The notes: generated by a model not told the origin, from the letters alone. A stretch of 32,000 nucleotides of DNA from Kineococcus radiotolerans SRS30216 = ATCC BAA-149 (GCF_000017305.1 NC_009664.2:3180001-3212000), one strand, 5' to 3'; counted from the first letter of the stretch, positions 7,742 to 16,293 are shown. Translations and numbers: made by a program.

Positions 7742-8730
7742 CAGATGTCTCCCTGCTTCATCAGCGTCCGCATGTACCGCCAGGTCAGGGCCAGGACGAG
7801 CAGCAGCATGACCGTGGCCAGCGCCGAGGCGATGCCGTAGTTCCCGCCGCCGATCCCCGTCTCGTACACGTAGGTCCCCAGGAGGTTGGTGGACCGGTTG
7901 TTGCCGGCGCTGGCCTGCAGGACCTTGATCTGGGTGAAGACCTTGAGGTCCCAGATGATCTCGAGCATGGCGATCAGCAGGATCACCGGGCGGATGATCG
8001 GCAGGACGATGTGCCGCAGCCGGGCGAACCCGCCGGCGCCGTCGAGCTGGCCGGCCTCCAGGACCTCCTCGTCGACCTGGGTCAGGGCGGCGTAGGTCGT
8101 GAGGGTGACCAGGGGCACCGACGTCCAGATCACCGTGACCGAGGCGATGGCGAAGAACGTCCAGGGGCTCCCGGCCAGCCAGGAGAAGTTCTCGAAGCCG
8201 ACCAGGCCGAGGGAGGTGAGGACCCAGTTCACCAGGCCGTAGCGGGGTTCGACCAGCCAGGTGTAGACGGTGAGGGCCGCCAGCGGGGGCATGGCCCAGG
8301 CCAGGACGAGGGCGATCTGCAGGGCGATCCGGGCGAAGGTCGAGAGCTTCTGGAGCAGCAGGGCGAAGGCGACGCCGATCACCATCGTCACCCCGGCGCT
8401 GACGAGGCAGAAGGCGATCGAGCGGGCGGTGACGATCCAGAAGTACGGGTCGGTGAGGACCTGCCGGTAGTTCTCCAGGCCGATCCAAGTGGGTGGGCGG
8501 CCGAACTGCTGGGCCAGGCCGAACTCCTGGAACGACATGACGAACTGCCGCACCATGGGGTAGCCCAGCGCCAGGCTGACCAGGACCACGGGCAGGACCA
8601 GGAGGAGGTAGGGCACGGCGAGCGACCCGCGGCGGCGTGGTCCCGCCCGGCGGCGCACCGGGTCCGGTGACCCGGTGCGCGCGGTGGTGGGGGCGTTGCG
8701 GACGCCGGCGCTGAGCTGGTCGGACACCAC
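7741..8730 (-). CDS. Carbohydrate ABC transporter permease (CUT1, MalF-like)
   Basis: 329 aa. EAA-type loop EVLEAGQLDGAGGFARLRHIVLPIIRP. Six hydrophobic spans. GTG 8730 is preceded by GGAGGAG. Confidence 0.9.
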   Translation of the reverse strand: MVSDQLSAGVRNAPTTARTGSPDPVRRRAGPRRRGSLAVPYLLLVLPVVLVSLALGYPMVRQFVMSFQEFGLAQQFGRPPTWIGLENYRQVLTDPYFWIVTARSIAFCLVSAGVTMVIGVAFALLLQKLSTFARIALQIALVLAWAMPPLAALTVYTWLVEPRYGLVNWVLTSLGLVGFENFSWLAGSPWTFFAIASVTVIWTSVPLVTLTTYAALTQVDEEVLEAGQLDGAGGFARLRHIVLPIIRPVILLIAMLEIIWDLKVFTQIKVLQASAGNNRSTNLLGTYVYETGIGGGNYGIASALATVMLLLVLALTWRYMRTLMKQGDI

Positions 8731-8764
8731 GTTCTCCTCCTGCTGGTCCTCGTGGGCTGGTCGG

Positions 8765-10072
8765 TCAGCTCTGGTTCAGGGCGTCGGCGATGGTCTTGTC
8801 GAGGTCGGCGGCGACGGTCTTGACGTCCTCGCCCTTGGCGATGCGGACCCAGAAGTCGCGGGGGACGTTGTTGCCGTCGAGCACGCCCCACTGCGGGGAG
8901 TTCGGCGTGAGGACGGAGTTCTCGATGATCTCCTGCGCGATGGAGCCCGTCGGTCCCTCCAGGGCGGAGGTGAAGGAGGTGCGCCCGGGGATCCAGCCGC
9001 CGATCTTGGCCATGTCGGTCATGAAGTCGTCGGCGTAGATGAGCTTCAGCAGCGCCTTCGACAGCTCGAGGTTGTGGTTGTTGGCCGAGATGCCGATGCT
9101 GGAGCCCCCGGAGAACGTCTTGCCGATGCTGCCCGGGGTCAGGCCCGGCAGGGCCATGACGGCGACCTTGCCGGCGTCCCACATCGCCTGGTCGATCTTC
9201 GCGGCGGCGACGTTCAGCGCGCTGTAGATGCCGAGCTTGCCGTCGTTGAACAGCTGGTGCGCGGCCTGGACGTTCTCGTTGGAGTCCAGTGCGTACTTGG
9301 TCGCGTGGAGCATGAGGTCCTGCACCTGGGTGAGGGCGGCCTGCGACTCGGGGCTGGACAGCGTGCCCTTCCAGGTGTCCCCGTCCTGCTCGGCGTACTG
9401 CCCGCCGTGGGTGAACAGCCAGCCCTCGTTGGTGTGCGGGTCCGCGCCGGGCATGTAGATGCCGGAGAAGTCGGGGTTGCCCTCGGGGTTGGCCGCGTCC
9501 AGCGCCTTCGCGGCGGCGACGAGCTCGTCGAGGCTGGTGGGTTCGGCGATGCCGGCCGCGGCGAACAGGTCCTTGCGGTAGTAGTACACGCGGGCGCCGG
9601 CGTAGAGCGGGGTGGCGTAGAGCTTGCCCTCCCAGGAGCCCGCGTCGATGAAGCTCTGGATGAGGTCGCCGCCGCCGAGGGTCTCCTCCTGGTCGGAGAT
9701 GTCCAGCAGGGCGCCGACGGAGGAGAACAGCGCGACCTGGGTGTTGCCGAACTCGACGACGTCGGGGCTCTCGTCCTCGCTGGCCAGGCTGGTCTGCAGC
9801 TTGGAGACGATGCCGTCCCACTGCTGGACCTCGATGGTGAGGGTCGCGCCCTCGTTCTCGCTCTCGAAGGTCTCCTTCAGCCGGTCCTGGGTCTCCTGGG
9901 GGACGGAGTCCTCCATGAACCAGATCGTGAGGTCCTTGCTGCCGCCTCCGCCGCCCCCACCGCCCCCTGCGCTGCTGTCGCCGGAGGCGGAGTCGCCGCC
10001 GCAGGCGGCGAGGCCACCGAGGAGGGTGGCGCCGGAGGCGCTGGCGAGCAGGGATCGCCGGGTGAGGTTCAT
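8765..10072 (-). CDS. Carbohydrate ABC transporter substrate-binding lipoprotein (CUT1 family)
   Basis: 435 aa from ATG 10072. Signal MNLTRRSLLASASGATLLGGLAAC with lipobox LAAC, followed by a Ser/Gly linker containing nine consecutive Gly. Body typical of family-1 extracellular solute-binding proteins. Confidence 0.9.
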   Translation of the reverse strand: MNLTRRSLLASASGATLLGGLAACGGDSASGDSSAGGGGGGGGGSKDLTIWFMEDSVPQETQDRLKETFESENEGATLTIEVQQWDGIVSKLQTSLASEDESPDVVEFGNTQVALFSSVGALLDISDQEETLGGGDLIQSFIDAGSWEGKLYATPLYAGARVYYYRKDLFAAAGIAEPTSLDELVAAAKALDAANPEGNPDFSGIYMPGADPHTNEGWLFTHGGQYAEQDGDTWKGTLSSPESQAALTQVQDLMLHATKYALDSNENVQAAHQLFNDGKLGIYSALNVAAAKIDQAMWDAGKVAVMALPGLTPGSIGKTFSGGSSIGISANNHNLELSKALLKLIYADDFMTDMAKIGGWIPGRTSFTSALEGPTGSIAQEIIENSVLTPNSPQWGVLDGNNVPRDFWVRIAKGEDVKTVAADLDKTIADALNQS

Positions 10073-10191
10073 GGGGGCAGCCTTTCGGGGTCCGGGTGCG
10101 ACGGTGCGGGGTGGACGGGCAGACGTCCGGGGAGCGGGGGGAGCGGGGGACTCGGCCTTGAGTCTTCGCACCCCGGTGTGCCGGTGACAAG

Positions 10192-10212
10192 TGTTAGGAC
10201 GCCTGCTTAACA
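10192..10212. promoter_or_regulatory. Candidate operator: imperfect inverted repeat TGTTAGG-N7-CTTAACA
   Basis: 6 of 7 positions are complementary. It lies in the only AT-enriched patch of the 213-bp divergent region between the SBP operon and the ROK regulator gene. It overlaps the predicted TSS downstream of a minus-strand -10 TACATT (10215-10220). Confidence 0.35.
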
Positions 10213-10250
10213 AGAATGTAACGCCCTCCGCCCGCGGGGGGAAGAGGGAC

Positions 10251-10279
10251 TTGCCGAGGATTCGTCAGCGGGGCAAACT
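10251..10279 (+). promoter_or_regulatory. Candidate promoter of the ROK regulator: TTGCCG-N17-CAAACT, then 6 nt to GTG 10286 (leaderless)
   Basis: -35-like TTGCCG at 10251-10256 and -10-like CAAACT at 10274-10279 (conserved A2 and T6). No Shine-Dalgarno sequence before GTG 10286. Confidence 0.4.
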
Positions 10280-10285
10280 AATGCC

Positions 10286-11458
10286 GTGACCGTCCCCACC
10301 GCCCCCGGTCCGCGGCCACACCCGACGCCGTGGCGCACCTCGACCCGGGCCCTGCGCCCGCGCGCGAAGGTGCTGCCCTCCCAGGCCCGCGCCCACAACC
10401 GCTCCGTCGTGCTGGGGCTCCTCTTCCACGAGGGGCCCGTCTCGCGCGCCGACCTCGCCCGCGCCACCGGCCTGACCCGGGTCACCGTCTCGGAGATCGT
10501 CGGCGACCTCCTCACCGACGGGCTGGTCGCCGAGCTGGGCCTGCGCCCGGAGGGGAGGGTCGGCAAGCCGGCCATGATGGTCGGGCTGCGCGCGGCCGAG
10601 CACCACGTCGTCGCCGTCGACCTGCAGCGGCTGCCCGCGGCCCGCGTCGCGGTGCTCGACCTCTCCGGCACCGTCGTCAGCGAGACCACCGCCGACGTCA
10701 CCGGCCTGCGCGGGGAGGACGCGACGGCCGCCCTGGAGGACCTCTGCCGCGCCGGCATCGCCGGTGCGCCGCAACGGGTGGTGGGCGTCGGCATCGGGAC
10801 CCCCGGCATCGTCGACGCCACCGGGCGCGTGGTGGAGTCCGCCCGGCTGGGCTGGCGCTCGGTGCCGCTGGCCGAGCGGCTCTCCCACGCGCTGGGGGTC
10901 GGGGTCCACGTCGCCAACGACGCCGACACCGCCGCGCTGGCCGAGTTCACCTACGGCGAGGCGTCCCCCTCGGGCTTCATGGTCGTCGCCGTCGGCCAGG
11001 GGGTGGGCGCCGGGCTCGTGCTGGACGGGCACCTGGTGCGCGGGCACCGGCTCGCGGCCGGGGAGATCGGCCACCTCACCGTCGACCCCCGCGGGGAACC
11101 CTGCGAGTGCGGGCGCCGCGGGTGCCTGGAGACCATCGTCGCCCCCGCCTACCTGGACCGGACGCTCGCCGGGCGGACCCCGGCCCGCCGGCGCAGCGCC
11201 CTGCGCGACGCCGGCCACCGGCTCGGGGCGGTGCTCGCCCCCGTCGTCGCCGCCCTGGACCTGGAGGAGGTCATCCTCACCGGGCCCGCCGAGCTGCTCG
11301 ACGGCCCGCTGCTGGAGGCGGCCCGGGAGACCGTCCAGACCACCTGCCTGCCCACCGAGGGGACCGCCCCGCAGGTGCGGATGGCCCAGCTCGGGGCCAA
11401 CGGCGTGCTGCAGGGGGCCGCGGCCCTGGTGCTGTCGGGGGAGTTCGGCTTCAGCTGA
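10286..11458 (+). CDS. ROK-family transcriptional repressor (NagC/XylR type)
   Basis: 390 aa. N-terminal winged-HTH (NRSVVLGLLFHEGPVSRADLARATGLTRVTVSEIVGDLL) plus ROK body (VGIGTPGIVD, ANDADTAALAE, GEIGHLTVDPRGEPCECGRRGCLETI). Confidence 0.85.
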   Translation: MTVPTAPGPRPHPTPWRTSTRALRPRAKVLPSQARAHNRSVVLGLLFHEGPVSRADLARATGLTRVTVSEIVGDLLTDGLVAELGLRPEGRVGKPAMMVGLRAAEHHVVAVDLQRLPAARVAVLDLSGTVVSETTADVTGLRGEDATAALEDLCRAGIAGAPQRVVGVGIGTPGIVDATGRVVESARLGWRSVPLAERLSHALGVGVHVANDADTAALAEFTYGEASPSGFMVVAVGQGVGAGLVLDGHLVRGHRLAAGEIGHLTVDPRGEPCECGRRGCLETIVAPAYLDRTLAGRTPARRRSALRDAGHRLGAVLAPVVAALDLEEVILTGPAELLDGPLLEAARETVQTTCLPTEGTAPQVRMAQLGANGVLQGAAALVLSGEFGFS

Positions 11459-11482
11459 CCCGCGCCCGCCCCGGACCCGCCG

Positions 11483-11510
11483 GCCCGGCCCGCCCGCGGG
11501 CGGGCCGGGC
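11483..11510. terminator. Perfect 28-bp GC palindrome between convergent genes (bidirectional hairpin terminator candidate)
   Basis: gcccggcccgcccgcgggcgggccgggc lies between the ROK regulator stop (11458) and the SBP stop (11516). No U-tract. Confidence 0.55.
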
Positions 11511-11515
11511 GCGGC

Positions 11516-12571
11516 TCAGGACTCGAAGGCGCTGGGCAGGTACCGCTCGACGTTCTCCGCCGTCACGACGGGGGCGTACAGTTGGACGGTCCGGGGGACC
11601 TCCACCTCCACGAGGTCGCTCATCGCCTTCCGCTGGACGAGGAGACGGGCCAGGCGGACGCCGTCGGCGGCCTGGGTGGAGGGGTAGACCACCGTCGCCT
11701 TGACCACGGAGTCCCCGGACTGGATCTCCCGCATGACGTTGGCCGAGCCGGCGCCGCCGACCATGACGAACTCGTCGCGCCCCGCCTCCTCGATGGCGGC
11801 CATCACCCCGACCCCCTGGTCGTCGTCGTGGTTCCACAGCGCGTCGATCTTCGGCGCGGCCTGCAGCAGGTTCGCCGCCGCCTGCTGCCCGCCCTGGACG
11901 GTGAAGTCCGCGGCGACGCGGTTGTCGACGTCGAGCCCGCACTCGCCCAGGGCGTCGGCGAAGCCCTGGCTGCGGTCCTGGGTCAGGGGCAGCGAGTCGA
12001 TCCCGGCGATCTCCGCGACCACCGCGCCGGGGGTGTCGCCCACCTGCTCGCAGACGTAGGTCCCGGCGGAGACCCCCATGCCGTAGTTGTCGCCGAGGAC
12101 GGTGGTCCGCGCGGCGGCGGGGCTGGAGAACTCCCGGTCGACGTTGACGACCGTGATCCCCGCCTCCATGGCGCGCGTGGCGACCTCGGTCAGCGCCGCC
12201 CCGTCGTAGGGCAGCAGCACGATGGCGTCCACCCCGTCGTTGATGAACTGCTCGACCTGGCTGATCTGCAGGTTGACGTCGTTGGTGCCCTCGGAGACCC
12301 GCAGCTCGACGTCGTCGTAGCGCTCCGCCTCCTTCGTGGCGGCGGAGGTGATCGCGCCCATCCAGCCGTGGTCGGAGGCGGGGGCGGAGAACCCGATGAC
12401 GACCTGCTCGCCCTCCTCGTCGTTGCCGCCGGCCGCGGCGGGCGCCGAACTGCTGTCCCCCTCCGGCTCGGCGGGGGTGTTGGAGGTGCAGGCGCCGAGC
12501 AGCACGGCGGTGGCGGTGACGGCGCCGGCGGCGATCAGCCGGCGGCGCAGCGGGGTGCGGGGTGCGGACAC
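11516..12571 (-). CDS. Sugar ABC transporter substrate-binding lipoprotein (CUT2, RbsB-like)
   Basis: 351 aa. Signal plus lipobox LLGAC. Periplasmic-binding-protein type I body (VIGFSAPASDHGWMGAI..., DAIVLLPYDG, VVNVDREF). Confidence 0.9.
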   Translation of the reverse strand: MSAPRTPLRRRLIAAGAVTATAVLLGACTSNTPAEPEGDSSSAPAAAGGNDEEGEQVVIGFSAPASDHGWMGAITSAATKEAERYDDVELRVSEGTNDVNLQISQVEQFINDGVDAIVLLPYDGAALTEVATRAMEAGITVVNVDREFSSPAAARTTVLGDNYGMGVSAGTYVCEQVGDTPGAVVAEIAGIDSLPLTQDRSQGFADALGECGLDVDNRVAADFTVQGGQQAAANLLQAAPKIDALWNHDDDQGVGVMAAIEEAGRDEFVMVGGAGSANVMREIQSGDSVVKATVVYPSTQAADGVRLARLLVQRKAMSDLVEVEVPRTVQLYAPVVTAENVERYLPSAFES

Positions 12572-12620
12572 GGGATCTCCTTCGATCCTGGGCGGTGCGG
12601 GGGTGGTGCGGACCGGGCGG

Positions 12621-13691
12621 TCAGGCGCCGCGCGAACGGGCCGCGAAGCGCTGCTGGAGCATCACGGCGGCGACGATGATGGCGCCCTTGGCCACCGACT
12701 GCGCCGAGATGGACAGGTTGTTCTGGGTGAAGACGTTGGTGAGGGTGGCGAAGATCAGCACCCCGAAGACGGTGCCGACGACGGTTCCCCGCCCGCCGGC
12801 CAGCAGGGTCCCGCCCACCACCACGGCCGCGATCGCCTCCAGCTCGTAGAGACCGCCGTTGGTGGAGGACCCGGCCGTCGTGCGGGCCAGCATCATGACG
12901 GCCGCGATGCCGGCGGTGAGACCGGAGAGGGCGTACAGGTAGGCCGTGTGCCGCTTCACCGCGATGCCCGCGAGGCGGGCCGCCTCCGGGTTGCCGCCCA
13001 CGGCCACGGTCCGCCGCCCGAAGGTCGTCCGGTTGAGCAGGACCCAGCCGGCCACCGCGACCAGCGCGAACACCCACACCAGCACCGGGACGCCCAGGAC
13101 GCTGCCCTGGAAGGCGTCGAGGAACGGCTGGACCCGCACGATCTGCGTGCGGCGGTTCGCGATGACCTCCGCCAGGCCGCGGGCGGCGACCATCATGCCC
13201 AGCGTGGCGATGAAGGCCACGACGCGGCCGTAGGCGACGAGGACCCCGTTGACCAGACCGCACACCGTGCCCACCAGCAGCGCGGTGAGGACCATCAGCG
13301 ACCAGTGGGTGTCCTGGGCCATGGTCTGCGTCGCCAGCGTCGTGGCCCAGACCGAGGCCAGGCCCAGGACGGAACCCACGGACAGGTCGATGCCGCCGCC
13401 GGTGATGACGAAGGTCATCCCGATGCTGAGGACGCCGATGACGGCCGCGAACCGCAGGATCGTCAGCAGGTTGTCCACGCTGGCGAAGCGCTCCCCGGCG
13501 GTGGCCACCCCCACGACGCAGACCAGGAGCAGGACGACGACCAGGCCGACGCTGCGCCCGGCGCCTCCGCCGAGCCGCCCGCGCCCACCGGCACCGCGCG
13601 CCGGTGCGCTGCGCTCCAGCGGGGCCGGGCGGTCCGGGTCCGGCGGGACGCTCCCCGCCGTCGACAGGGGCGGGGGCAGCTGCTCGCTCAC
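12621..13691 (-). CDS. Sugar ABC transporter permease (CUT2, RbsC-like)
   Basis: 356 aa from GTG 13691, which overlaps the ATPase stop (GTGA). LTILRFAAVIGVLSIGMTFVITGGGIDLSVGSVLGL and GGNPEAARLAGI are typical of RbsC/AraH-type permeases. The 794-aa track ORF runs on through the ATPase gene in the wrong frame. Confidence 0.9.
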   Translation of the reverse strand: MSEQLPPPLSTAGSVPPDPDRPAPLERSAPARGAGGRGRLGGGAGRSVGLVVVLLLVCVVGVATAGERFASVDNLLTILRFAAVIGVLSIGMTFVITGGGIDLSVGSVLGLASVWATTLATQTMAQDTHWSLMVLTALLVGTVCGLVNGVLVAYGRVVAFIATLGMMVAARGLAEVIANRRTQIVRVQPFLDAFQGSVLGVPVLVWVFALVAVAGWVLLNRTTFGRRTVAVGGNPEAARLAGIAVKRHTAYLYALSGLTAGIAAVMMLARTTAGSSTNGGLYELEAIAAVVVGGTLLAGGRGTVVGTVFGVLIFATLTNVFTQNNLSISAQSVAKGAIIVAAVMLQQRFAARSRGA

Positions 13692-15256
13692 GCGGCACGT
13701 CCTTCCATGACGAGGTCGAGCACCCGGTGCTCGTCGATCCGGTCCGCGGGGCCGCTGTGCAGGACCCGGCCCTCGGCGACGACGAGGACGCGGTGGGAGA
13801 GGCCGAGCACCTCCTCGATCTCGCTGGACACCACGACGACGGCGTTGCCGGCCGCGGTCAGCGACCGCACCAGGGCGTACACCTCGGCGCGCGCGCCCAC
13901 GTCCACGCCCCGGGTGGGTTCGTCGAGCAGCAGGACCCGGCAGCCGTGCACCAGCCACCGGGCGAGCACGGCCTTCTGCTGGTTGCCCCCGGAGAGGGTC
14001 CGCACCGGGCGGTCGGGGTCGGCCGGGCGCAGGTCGAGGGCGGCGATCTGCTCCCGCGCGCTGGCCCGTTCCGCGCGCTCGTCGAGGACGGGCCCGCGCG
14101 CGAAGCGCCCGAACGTCGAGAGGGTGATGTTCCGGTACACCGGCTCGTCGAGCAGCAGGCCCTGGCTCTTGCGCTCCTCCGGGGCCAGCCCGATCCCGGC
14201 GCGCACGGCCGCGGCGACCGATCCCGGTCGCAGCGGCCGGCCGCCGACCAGGACCTGCCCCGCCGTCGCCCGGCGGGCGCCGAAGACGGTCTCCAGGATC
14301 TCCGAGCGCCCCGAACCGACCAGTCCGGCCAGGCCCACGACCTCGCCGGCGCGCACGCTGAAGGAGACGTCGGAGAAGGAACCCCGCAACCCCAGGTCGC
14401 GCACCTCCAGCAGCGTCTCGCGGTCCGCGGGCACGGGGGTGCGGGCGGGGAAGACCTGGTCCACCGCGCGGCCGGTCATCAGCCGGATCAGCTCCGCGGT
14501 GGGGGTCCCGGCGACGGGCAGGCCCGCGGCGACCGTGCGGCCGTCCTTGAGGACGGTGATCCGGTCCCCGACCCGGCGGATCTCCTCCAGGCGGTGGGAG
14601 ATGTAGAGCACGGCGACCCCGGCGGCGGTGAGCTGCCGCACCACCCGGAACAGGTTCGCGACCTCCTCGGAGTCGAGGACCGCGGAGGGTTCGTCCATGA
14701 CGATGAGCCGGGCCTCGTGCGACAGGGCGCGCGCCATGCTCACCACCTGCTTGCCCGCCGCGGAGAGGGAACCGACCTCCCGGGTGGGGGAGATCTCGCC
14801 GTGGCCGAGCCGCCGGAGCAGGTCCCGGGTGCGGGCGTGCGCCTCGCGGCGCCGGGTCAGCCCCGCCCGGGAGGTCTCGTGCCCGAGGTGGACGTTCTCG
14901 GCCACCGTGAGGCCGTCGACGACGTCGAGCTCCTGGTGCATCGTGGCGATGCCGGTGCGCAGCGCCGCGACCGGGGTCGGCAGGACGACCTCCTCGCCCA
15001 GCCACCGGACGGCCCCGGCGGTGGGCTGGTGCGCCCCGGCCAGGACCTTGATGAGGGTGGACTTGCCCGCGCCGTTCTGCCCGAGCAGGCAGTGCACCTC
15101 CCCGGGCCGCACCTCGAGGTCCACCCCGTCCAGGGCGCGCACCCCGGAGAACTCCTTGACGATGCCCCGCGCGACCAGCAGGGGTTCCACCGTCGCGGGG
15201 CCGGCGGGGACGGGCCGCCCCGGTGCGTCGCCGTCGACGCGGTCGTCGTTGACCAT
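13688..15256 (-). CDS. Sugar ABC transporter ATP-binding protein, duplicated ABC domains (RbsA-like)
   Basis: 522 aa. Walker A GQNGAGKST, signature LSAAGKQ, Walker B LIVMDEPSA. The second domain has a degenerate Walker A (GLVGSGRSE), LSGGNQQK and LLLDEPTRGVD. Confidence 0.95.
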   Translation of the reverse strand: MVNDDRVDGDAPGRPVPAGPATVEPLLVARGIVKEFSGVRALDGVDLEVRPGEVHCLLGQNGAGKSTLIKVLAGAHQPTAGAVRWLGEEVVLPTPVAALRTGIATMHQELDVVDGLTVAENVHLGHETSRAGLTRRREAHARTRDLLRRLGHGEISPTREVGSLSAAGKQVVSMARALSHEARLIVMDEPSAVLDSEEVANLFRVVRQLTAAGVAVLYISHRLEEIRRVGDRITVLKDGRTVAAGLPVAGTPTAELIRLMTGRAVDQVFPARTPVPADRETLLEVRDLGLRGSFSDVSFSVRAGEVVGLAGLVGSGRSEILETVFGARRATAGQVLVGGRPLRPGSVAAAVRAGIGLAPEERKSQGLLLDEPVYRNITLSTFGRFARGPVLDERAERASAREQIAALDLRPADPDRPVRTLSGGNQQKAVLARWLVHGCRVLLLDEPTRGVDVGARAEVYALVRSLTAAGNAVVVVSSEIEEVLGLSHRVLVVAEGRVLHSGPADRIDEHRVLDLVMEGRAA

Positions 15257-15263
15257 GCCGGTG

Positions 15264-15293
15264 AACCTACGAGGGGGTTTCGGGACGCGTCAA
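15264..15293 (-). promoter_or_regulatory. Candidate promoter of the CUT2 transporter operon: TTGACG-N18-TAGGTT-N7-ATG (leaderless)
   Basis: Minus strand reads cTTGACGcgtcccgaaaccccctcgTAGGTTcaccggcATG. The -35 matches TTGACA at 5 of 6 positions. No Shine-Dalgarno sequence before ATG 15256. Confidence 0.5.
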
Positions 15294-15318
15294 GGAAGCC
15301 GCCGGAGGGGGAGCGGGG

Positions 15319-16281
15319 TCAGCGCCCCCCGTCGGGCAGGGCGGTGGCGAGGCTCTCCAGCGCGCCCAGCCGGTCCTCGCCCACCGGGAACAGCACCACC
15401 TCGTCCAGCCCGGCCGCGCGCAGCTCCGCGATCCGCGCCCGGACCCGTTCGGCCGGGCCCACCAGCGTCAGGTCCTCGACCCACGCGTCGGGCATCCGGC
15501 GGGTGAACTCCTCCGCGTCGGCGCACTGCGCGTGCAGGGCGCGCAGCTCCTCGGCGTAGGCCGAGGGCGCGACGTGGGCGGCGGCGTCGGGCAGGCCGAC
15601 CCAGACCAGCCCGGGGCGGACGGCGGCGCGGGCGCGGGCGAGGTCGTCGTCGACGGCGGCCAGTTCGTAGCCGATCAGCCGGTGCCTCTCGACCGCCGGG
15701 GTCCCGATCTGCTCGCGGGCCAGGCGGGCGTACTCCGGGGTCACGGGCTCGGCGAGCAGCGTCGCGTCGAGGTGGGCGCCGGAGACCGCCAGCGACCTCG
15801 GGCCGCGGACCCCGGCGGCGACGGCCGGCGGGTGCGCCGGCGGGGTCTCCAGCCGGACCCCGTCCAGGTGGACGTAGCGGCCGTCGAGGGTCACCGTCTC
15901 GCCGTGCAGCAGGCGCCGGACCGCGGTGACGTGCTCGGTGAACGACGTGAGCGGGCTGGCGCCCCAGGCGCCGACCTGCCGCATCCAGAACGGCACCCCG
16001 TGCCCGAACCCGACGGTGAACCGCCCCGGGAAGAGGTCGGCCAGGGTGGCGGCCTCCATCGCGGCGAACGCGGGGTTGCGGGCCGCGGCGGGGGCGATGC
16101 CCAGACCGACGTGGATCCGCCGGGTGACCGCGAGGACCGCCGCGGCCTGGGCGAAACCGCCCCGGAAGCCGAGGTCCTCGATCACCCAGAGGGAGTCGAA
16201 GCCGAGCTCGTCGGCCCGGCGGGCGAAGGGCAGGACGTCGGCGGTCGGCAGGTCGCGGGGCAGGGTCACACCGGTGCGCAC
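15319..16281 (-). CDS. LLM-class (luciferase-like) F420-dependent oxidoreductase
   Basis: 320 aa. ELGFDSLWVIEDLGFRGGF, HVGLGIAPAAARNPAFAAMEAATLADLFPGRFTVGFGHG are typical of the actinobacterial LLM F420-dependent subfamily. Confidence 0.8.
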   Translation of the reverse strand: MRTGVTLPRDLPTADVLPFARRADELGFDSLWVIEDLGFRGGFAQAAAVLAVTRRIHVGLGIAPAAARNPAFAAMEAATLADLFPGRFTVGFGHGVPFWMRQVGAWGASPLTSFTEHVTAVRRLLHGETVTLDGRYVHLDGVRLETPPAHPPAVAAGVRGPRSLAVSGAHLDATLLAEPVTPEYARLAREQIGTPAVERHRLIGYELAAVDDDLARARAAVRPGLVWVGLPDAAAHVAPSAYAEELRALHAQCADAEEFTRRMPDAWVEDLTLVGPAERVRARIAELRAAGLDEVVLFPVGEDRLGALESLATALPDGGR

Positions 16282-16287
16282 CCCCGG

Positions 16288-16293
16288 AACCTA
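16288..16293 (-). promoter_or_regulatory. Candidate -10 hexamer TAGGTT, 6 nt upstream of the LLM GTG; overlaps the MFS stop codon
   Basis: Minus strand reads cagTAGGTTccggggGTG. Same TAGGTTC core as at 15263-15269. No good -35. Confidence 0.25.

Noticed and set aside
3924-7840. Two giant ORFs from the six-frame track (1232 aa on the minus strand at 3924-7622, and 1250 aa on the plus strand at 4088-7840).
   Set aside because: Their translations are Arg/Pro/Gly/Ala low-complexity strings with no motifs. They lie off-frame or antisense to four genes with unmistakable family signatures (ROK, GH20, two ABC permeases). Stop codons are simply rare in DNA of about 74% GC.
9946-9975. Run of nine Gly codons in the SBP, considered as a possible slippage-prone repeat.
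   Set aside because: The codons are mixed (GGC/GGG/GGT/GGA on the coding strand), not a DNA-level tandem repeat. It is a typical flexible tether after a lipoprotein Cys.
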